The translations under genes were made by a program, and so were the position numbers. From a virus: 37,305 nt of DNA. The DNA lies in the UHGV virus genome UHGV-0050993; one strand, 5' to 3'. Positions 32,092 through 37,305 of the stretch are shown here, one piece after another; positions within the stretch are counted from its first letter, which is position 1, and the number at the start of each line of letters is the position of its first letter. The notes beneath the pieces were generated by a model, which saw only the letters and a list, made by a program, of their open reading frames with translations, had not been told where the DNA came from and ran no database searches.

Positions 32092-32315
32092 TCGGACTTT
32101 ATTTTTGGCATAAACAACAGAATAAACACTGCACTGTGTATTCATTCCAACGAGTGAATACACGGAGCAATGTCGCTCGTAACTAAACAGGAGCCGACTT
32201 GTTCTGATTATTGGAAATCTTCTTTGCCCTCCAGTGTGAGGGCCTTTTTATATGCATACCAATAGCGCTTCACTCGAGGCGTTTTCGTTATGCAATCAAA
32301 TATAAGGAGTTACCC

Positions 32316-32450
32316 ATGATGCACTTTCAGCTCGCGGGTAGCGGCGTCATGTCCGCTTTCTACCCGCACGAATCTGAATTATCACGCCGAGTTAAACAAT
32401 TAATCAGAGCAGCAAAGAAACAACTGGAGGCGTTATGCGCAATGAAATAG
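32316..32450 (+). CDS. cIII: CIII-like protein (FtsH inhibitor)
   Basis: MMHFQLAGSGVMSAFYPHESELSRRVKQLIRAAKKQLEAL parallels lambda CIII core (AIAGWPVAGCPSESLLERITRKLRDGWKRLIDIL); AGGAG RBS. ORF track start 32211 is an upstream extension. Confidence 0.7.
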   Translation: MMHFQLAGSGVMSAFYPHESELSRRVKQLIRAAKKQLEALCAMK

Positions 32451-32587
32451 CCATTAATCACCAGATGCTTCGTGCTGCACAGAACAAAGCAGTAATAGCC
32501 AGATTTATTGGTGATTCAAAAATGTGGCTTGAAGCAAATAAAGCGATGAAATCAGCGATCAACATTCCGTGGTATCGCAGGAAATGA
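32435..32587 (+). CDS. Kil-like small protein (possible FtsZ inhibitor)
   Basis: 50-aa ORF overlapping cIII end, as kil does in lambda; segment IARFIGDSKMWLEANKAMKS resembles lambda Kil as I recall it; not in ORF track (under 60 aa). Confidence 0.45.
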   Translation: MRNEIAINHQMLRAAQNKAVIARFIGDSKMWLEANKAMKSAINIPWYRRK

Positions 32588-32668
32588 GTTTTACAGATAA
32601 CTGGTCAGACGAAGAATTCATTCGTCAGATGAACAAAATGCTCAATCAGCACAAAGAACAGGATAAAG

Positions 32669-32980
32669 ATGATGATTCTGACTCTGAATGATAAGCGTGA
32701 AATATCGCAAATAATCGCAAGTTTTACTGATGAAGATTACGAACGAATCAACAGTGAAGTTGATCGCCTCTGCAAACGTTGCGACCCAATAAGCGAAATG
32801 CTTCGCTCATATAAACCAGATGAACACACTAAGGACGCTATCGACTGGCTGGAAGATGATGACTGTAACTATCAGGAAAAAGCCGCTGAATGGTTCTGGG
32901 ATGCAATAACCGAAAGAGTTAAGGCTGAATATGCCTTCGCAATATTCAAACGCAGACACATTTTTGGAGAAGCTGCATGA
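32669..32980 (+). CDS. Hypothetical protein
   Basis: 103-aa ORF; a 34-codon ORF (32584..32688) overlaps its start, so the true start is uncertain. Confidence 0.45.
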   Translation: MMILTLNDKREISQIIASFTDEDYERINSEVDRLCKRCDPISEMLRSYKPDEHTKDAIDWLEDDDCNYQEKAAEWFWDAITERVKAEYAFAIFKRRHIFGEAA

Positions 32981-33879
32981 GCAATATCGTTGAATTCGTT
33001 AAACAGCAGGAGCAGTTATTCTGCGGAGCATTGACTGAACAGACGGTGACATGGGCTAAGGAAAGCCAGTTTGCAATTCAGTATTTCCAGAAAAACGATT
33101 ACCTGGCTAAAACAGCACTGGCAAATCCAACCAGCGCACAGAACGCCATCATCAATGTTGCGGCGATCGGCATCACCTTAAACCCGGCCAGCAAACTGGC
33201 TTATCTGGTTCCTCGCGACGGCATGGTGTGCCTTGATATCAGTTACATGGGATTACTTCATCTTGCGCAATCGACAGGATCAATTAAGTGGGGGCAATGC
33301 AAACTGGTGTACTCAAACGACACCTATGAATCAAATGGCCTTGATTCAGCACCAACCCACAAATACAACGCATTTGGTGAGCGAGGCTCTATTGTTGGAG
33401 GTTATTGCACGGTTAAAACAGCAGATGGTGACTACCTGACTGAAGAAATGAGTCTGGCAGAAATTAAAGCTGTGGAAGCAACGAGCAAGGCAAAGAATGG
33501 ACCGTGGAAAACATTCTGGGAAGAGATGGCGCGTAAAACAATAGTTAAACGCGCCAGCAAATACTGGCCTAAAGCCCAGCGACTGGATAATGCCATTCAC
33601 CTGCTTAACGAAGATGAAGGTATGCATCAGGAACCAGTTATGCCGCACAAATCAGAGAAAGATATCCGCGAAGATGAACGGAAACGCCAGCAGGAAATAA
33701 TGGAAAAAGCACAACTTCTTTGTGATGAAATGGCTCAGGCAGAAAACATGGATGATTTGAAGCGATATTTTGCAGAAGCATATCGCCTGACATCTGGAAT
33801 GAAATTGCAGCAGAACGTACAAGCCATTTACATAGAATGCAAAGCGAAACTGGAGGTTGCCAGTGAGCAAACTGTATGA
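32977..33879 (+). CDS. recT: RecT-family single-strand annealing protein
   Basis: 300 aa; GPWKTFWEEMARKTIVKRASKYWP matches the conserved RecT motif (Rac RecT GPWVTHWEEMAKKTAIRRLFKYLP). Confidence 0.85.
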   Translation: MSNIVEFVKQQEQLFCGALTEQTVTWAKESQFAIQYFQKNDYLAKTALANPTSAQNAIINVAAIGITLNPASKLAYLVPRDGMVCLDISYMGLLHLAQSTGSIKWGQCKLVYSNDTYESNGLDSAPTHKYNAFGERGSIVGGYCTVKTADGDYLTEEMSLAEIKAVEATSKAKNGPWKTFWEEMARKTIVKRASKYWPKAQRLDNAIHLLNEDEGMHQEPVMPHKSEKDIREDERKRQQEIMEKAQLLCDEMAQAENMDDLKRYFAEAYRLTSGMKLQQNVQAIYIECKAKLEVASEQTV

Positions 33880-34345
33880 AATAGCCAATGAATACGCAAA
33901 ATTGATGGATTCAGATTTAGAGCCAGAGATGATTGCTGACACAATAGAAGGCATGGAAGGAGAATTTACCGATAAAATAGAGCAACTTCTCGCCATTATT
34001 AAAAATGAATCTGGTTATGCTGAACGCCTCAAGGAAGAGGCAAAGTCACTAAAAGAGCGAGCCGCAGTAATTCAAAATAAGATTGACAGCATTATGGCGT
34101 ATATAGCGTCATCGCTTGAAATGGTTGGCAAGAAAAAGATTCGAGCAGGTATTCACCAGGTAACAATCCGCAAACCGTCAGAAACTGTAGAAATCATCGA
34201 CTCAAGCGCCCTTCCTCCTGAATACGTTGAGTTTGAAACGACAATTAAAGCCGACAAACTGGCAATCAAACACCAACTAAAAGCAGGAATAAATATCCCC
34301 GGCGCTCAACTCAAAGTTGGGAAACCTTCACTTCTTATCAAATAA
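33857..34345 (+). CDS. Siphovirus Gp157-like protein
   Basis: About 160 aa with coiled-coil N-terminal half, immediately downstream of and overlapping recT; start codon uncertain (TTG 33857 or GTG 33863). Confidence 0.5.
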   Translation: MPVSKLYEIANEYAKLMDSDLEPEMIADTIEGMEGEFTDKIEQLLAIIKNESGYAERLKEEAKSLKERAAVIQNKIDSIMAYIASSLEMVGKKKIRAGIHQVTIRKPSETVEIIDSSALPPEYVEFETTIKADKLAIKHQLKAGINIPGAQLKVGKPSLLIK

Positions 34346-34356
34346 CGGTATCGCCT

Positions 34357-34671
34357 ATGAAAAAGACTCCATGGGAGAAATGGGAAGTAGATTTCTTGCG
34401 CGAAGTATCGGCGACAATGCCAGTTGGAGTTATCGCTGAAAAACTGGAAAGGACTGAAAAAGCAGTAATGGCGAAAGCAACAAGGATTGGCGCTGACATT
34501 GTTAGCCGACTTCGTGGAAGACGATGGACAAGAGCCGAAGTATCACTTTTCGGTAAGTTCTCCGCAGAAGAAATAGCAATTGCAACCTGCCGCTCAATTT
34601 ATTCAGTAAGAGCTATGCGATACAAACTAAAAAAACTCGATGAAGAAAGAGCAGGCATACGAATAAATTAA
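34357..34671 (+). CDS. Hypothetical protein
   Basis: 104-aa ORF in early-left accessory region. Confidence 0.5.
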   Translation: MKKTPWEKWEVDFLREVSATMPVGVIAEKLERTEKAVMAKATRIGADIVSRLRGRRWTRAEVSLFGKFSAEEIAIATCRSIYSVRAMRYKLKKLDEERAGIRIN

Positions 34672-34687
34672 CAAAGAGGAATTTACC

Positions 34688-34852
34688 ATGAGAGGACTTG
34701 CATACAATCCCGGCATTCTTCCGGCAGAAATGATTATTCGCCAACGCGTAAAGCCAATGCCATCGAGAGAGGAATTGCTTAAGAGAAATTCTTTTCCATC
34801 AGTGAATCAAAACAAATATCTGAATGCGATGTGGCGGAGTGGGAAGAAATGA
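34688..34852 (+). CDS. Small hypothetical protein
   Basis: 54-aa ORF with AAGAGGA RBS; stop overlaps next start (ATGA). Confidence 0.4.
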   Translation: MRGLAYNPGILPAEMIIRQRVKPMPSREELLKRNSFPSVNQNKYLNAMWRSGKK

Positions 34853-35556
34853 AACAAATGACACTAATTGAGATGGATGGATTTCTGAAAGGTAAATGCA
34901 TCCCACGAGATTTAAAGGTTAACGAAACAAACGCTGAATATCTGGTGCGTAAATTTGCTGAAGCGGAGGCCAAGATTTCGGCTCTGTCCGAAGACCAGCA
35001 GAGAGCGATTGAGTCAATTGAGCAGGCTGATGCAGCTGTTAAGTTGGCACACGAGAAGTTTTCGGCGCTTGCGGCGGAGAATGAGCTGGCTCGTAAGGCA
35101 GTTCAGGTATTCTGCGATGTTGTTGGCGACAACACCGAGGTTATCGCTGAGGTGGTTGGGCGAGATGGCGTTCTGGTTATTTTGGGGGCCATGAAGGCAA
35201 CAGGAAATATGCCAGCCACCGATGCTTTTCTGGCTGAAGTGCGTGCGCAGGGTGTGAAATCGCTATCCAATGCCGTTCAGTCAGTAATTGCAGAGCGTCA
35301 ACGCCATCAATCAGCTGAGGGATGGACGCCTGAGCATGATGACCAGTACAGCAAATCGCAGTTACTGTGGGCATCCTCATGCTACGTACTGAATGCCATC
35401 CATCCATTTAACCGCATTCCATTTGACTGGCCGTGGACACCAGAATGGTGGAAGCCGACAAATCCACGCCGTGACATGGTGAAAGCTGGCGCACTTATTC
35501 TGGCTGAAATTGAACGAATCGACCGCGCCGCAGCCGGTAAAGGAGAGGCATCATGA
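34849..35556 (+). CDS. Hypothetical protein (possibly Ead/Ea22-like), coiled-coil N-terminus
   Basis: ORF track start 34831 (GTG); ATG at 34849 with GGAG upstream preferred; Trp-rich C-terminus [17 protein letters not shown]. Confidence 0.55.
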   Translation: MKQMTLIEMDGFLKGKCIPRDLKVNETNAEYLVRKFAEAEAKISALSEDQQRAIESIEQADAAVKLAHEKFSALAAENELARKAVQVFCDVVGDNTEVIAEVVGRDGVLVILGAMKATGNMPATDAFLAEVRAQGVKSLSNAVQSVIAERQRHQSAEGWTPEHDDQYSKSQLLWASSCYVLNAIHPFNRIPFDWPWTPEWWKPTNPRRDMVKAGALILAEIERIDRAAAGKGEAS

Positions 35557-35636
35557 GCATAGGTGAGTGCATTGCTCTTATGGTTGGCTTTATCGCCTGC
35601 GTTTTATTGATTTCTGATCTAGGGTTGCTGAAATGA
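35553..35636 (+). CDS. Small hydrophobic peptide
   Basis: 27-aa [30 protein letters not shown] with AGGAGAGG RBS; ATGA overlap with downstream gene. Confidence 0.35.
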   Translation: MSIGECIALMVGFIACVLLISDLGLLK

Positions 35637-36319
35637 AAATTACCAAACAGAAAGCTCAAGCAGTTGCCGATTTGAAAGTTGGCTACACCCTCGGTCACGC
35701 TGATGTGGCAATGCTGAATGAGCTGGCGCGTATCGCGCTGGCATCGCTCGAATTAGAGCACGGCATGATTCGGCGTTTCGATCTTGATATGAGCAATTGC
35801 GACTCGTTCGGGCAGGATTGCGGAGCTGATATGGTTGAGGATTTAGACGGTGAATATGTGCTTTGGCATGAGGTTTTACCCTACCTATATCGGTATGACG
35901 AATACACCGCCACGACAGCGACGGTATATGTGCCAGACGCCGCTACAGCAATCCGCGCGTGCATAGATGAATTTCCAGAATCTGTGCGCGATATTGTTGA
36001 AGAATGCGCATCTATCGCAGAAAATGCCTGCCGCGCCGCCATGCTTCATGGTGCCGAACCTGTAAGCCAAACTTACAAGTTGAACGAGCTATCGGGCAAC
36101 TCTCCGGTAACTCCGGATGGTTGGATAAGCTGTAGTGAGCGAATGCCGGATACCAAAACAGCCGTTCTTGTTGCCGTGGAGTTTGACAGGAAAGGTGACT
36201 GGCGAATGAAATGGGCGACTTACATCCCGGGTCATCCTGACGCTAATGATGGGTGGATAATTCCTGGTGCGTCGTGGAAACCGTCACACTGGATGCCGCT
36301 ACCAGAGCCTCCACTTTGA
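35633..36319 (+). CDS. DUF551-domain protein
   Basis: C-terminal region DGWISCSERMPDTKTAVLVAV...GWIIPGASWKPSHWMPLPEPP resembles DUF551 common in enterobacterial prophage early regions. Confidence 0.6.
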   Translation: MKITKQKAQAVADLKVGYTLGHADVAMLNELARIALASLELEHGMIRRFDLDMSNCDSFGQDCGADMVEDLDGEYVLWHEVLPYLYRYDEYTATTATVYVPDAATAIRACIDEFPESVRDIVEECASIAENACRAAMLHGAEPVSQTYKLNELSGNSPVTPDGWISCSERMPDTKTAVLVAVEFDRKGDWRMKWATYIPGHPDANDGWIIPGASWKPSHWMPLPEPPL

Positions 36320-36415
36320 AAGCGAAGCTTATACATATCTTTTACATCAGCAATCTATTGTTAATCTCCAATCAATGTTACGTTGTCATCTCACTCATGC
36401 TTTGGAGGTAGTGAT

Positions 36416-36595
36416 ATGTCTTGTCCAAAATGCGGTTCTGGAAATATTGCAAAAGAAAAAACAATGCGTGGATGGTCTGGTGATTATGTGTGCTGCGATT
36501 GCGGATACAACGACTCTAAAGACGCATTTGGAGAGCGTGGTAAAAACGAGTTTGTCAAAATTAATAAAGATCGCGAAGGCAACGGAAAAAGCTAA
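36416..36595 (+). CDS. Small zinc-ribbon protein
   Basis: CPKCGSG...CCDCG four-Cys motif; GGAGG RBS 8 nt upstream of ATG 36416. Confidence 0.55.
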   Translation: MSCPKCGSGNIAKEKTMRGWSGDYVCCDCGYNDSKDAFGERGKNEFVKINKDREGNGKS

Positions 36596-36658
36596 TTTAT
36601 TTATTCATATATGAAAACAATGTAACCAATATTCGAATTGAAGAACTGAAAGAACACC

Positions 36659-36684
36659 AAGCCGCCTGATGGCGGTTTTTTATT
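36659..36684 (+). terminator. Rho-independent terminator
   Basis: GCCGCC-TGAT-GGCGG hairpin followed by TTTTTTATTT. Confidence 0.75.
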
Positions 36685-36695
36685 TGGGGTAGTAG

Positions 36696-36911
36696 ATGGC
36701 TGCAATTCACATTGTATCAATAACATGCAATGCAATTCAGATAGTTGCTTGCATTATCTTTGTTTTCTCAATCCTTCGCTCCCGACGATATTCTCCAGCA
36801 ATTAACCGACATCCTGCACAGGTTGAAGCCGTCAGGATGGCTATAGAGTTACGAAATGAGATGAATAAGGCATTAATGGAGATAGAGAAACCATTCACTG
36901 ACAAACATTAA
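36696..36911 (+). CDS. Small membrane protein (terminator-flanked cassette)
   Basis: 71 aa with one N-terminal hydrophobic helix (IVSITCNAIQIVACIIFVFSIL) and charged C-terminal half; bracketed by terminators. Confidence 0.5.
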   Translation: MAAIHIVSITCNAIQIVACIIFVFSILRSRRYSPAINRHPAQVEAVRMAIELRNEMNKALMEIEKPFTDKH

Positions 36912-36935
36912 GAGTGGAAATAAAGAAATCACACC

Positions 36936-37009
36936 GCCTCACACTCGATGAGGCATTTTCATTTATCAAGATATCCAGACCTACCATCGCCGCATCAATG
37001 CGGTTTTTT
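36936..37009 (+). terminator. Tandem terminator-like hairpins
   Basis: GCCTCACACTCGATGAGGC followed by ATTTTCATTT, then CCGCA-TCAA-TGCGG followed by TTTTTTATT. Confidence 0.65.
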
Positions 37010-37054
37010 ATTGCCTGATTTGCAGGTTCGATTCCCTATTCGGAGATAGCACTC

Positions 37055-37255
37055 ATGCAACACGAACTACAACCTGATTCACTAGTTGATTTGAAATTCA
37101 TCATGGCCGATACTGGCTTCGGTAAGACCTTCATCTATGACCGGATTAAGTCCGGAGACCTGCCAAAAGCCAAAGTTATCCACGGGCGAGCAAGATGGTT
37201 ATATCGTGACCATTGTGAATTCAAAAATAAGCTCTTAAGCCGCGCCAATGGGTAA
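37055..37255 (+). CDS. xis: AlpA-family excisionase / transcriptional regulator
   Basis: 66-aa protein with AlpA-like HTH (LKFIMADTGFGKTFIYDRIKSGDLPKAKVIHGRARWLYRDHCEFK), directly upstream of int across the window junction. Confidence 0.75.
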   Translation: MQHELQPDSLVDLKFIMADTGFGKTFIYDRIKSGDLPKAKVIHGRARWLYRDHCEFKNKLLSRANG

Positions 37256-37305
37256 AATAGCGGGTAAAATATTTCTCACACCTAAAAAACACCATTCCAA
37301 TCAAT

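Overview
The window reads as an essentially complete (~37.3 kb), circularly permuted genome of a mosaic lambdoid, P22-like temperate podophage of Enterobacteriaceae. The + strand carries the early-left arm: cI (lambda-type), a disrupted KilA-N gene in the rexAB position, OL/pL, a P22-type N with its boxB, an AT-rich 207-aa moron, cIII, a Kil-like ORF, RecT, a Gp157-like protein, several small accessory ORFs, an AlpA-like xis at the window end and a P4-family integrase at the window start. The - strand carries, from high to low coordinates: cro, cII, an O-like initiator with ori iterons, DnaB-like helicase, nin genes (ninB/E/F/G/H/I), lambda Q with pR'/qut/6S/tR', a phage-21-type lysis cassette (pinholin, SAR endolysin, Rz/Rz1), an AT-rich T5orf172 (GIY-YIG-like) moron, Sf6-like terminase, portal, scaffold, coat, gp4/10/26, ejection proteins, a lipoprotein moron where P22 has sieA, the P22 immI region (mnt, arc, ant) and a tailspike with a P22-type head-binding domain and a divergent receptor-binding domain. 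No single complete novel system is proven; the best candidates for undescribed accessory or defence functions are the T5orf172 moron, the 207-aa post-N moron, the sieA-position lipoprotein, the disrupted KilA-N locus and a terminator-flanked small membrane protein. All calls are from reading the sequence and recalled protein similarity; no searches were run.
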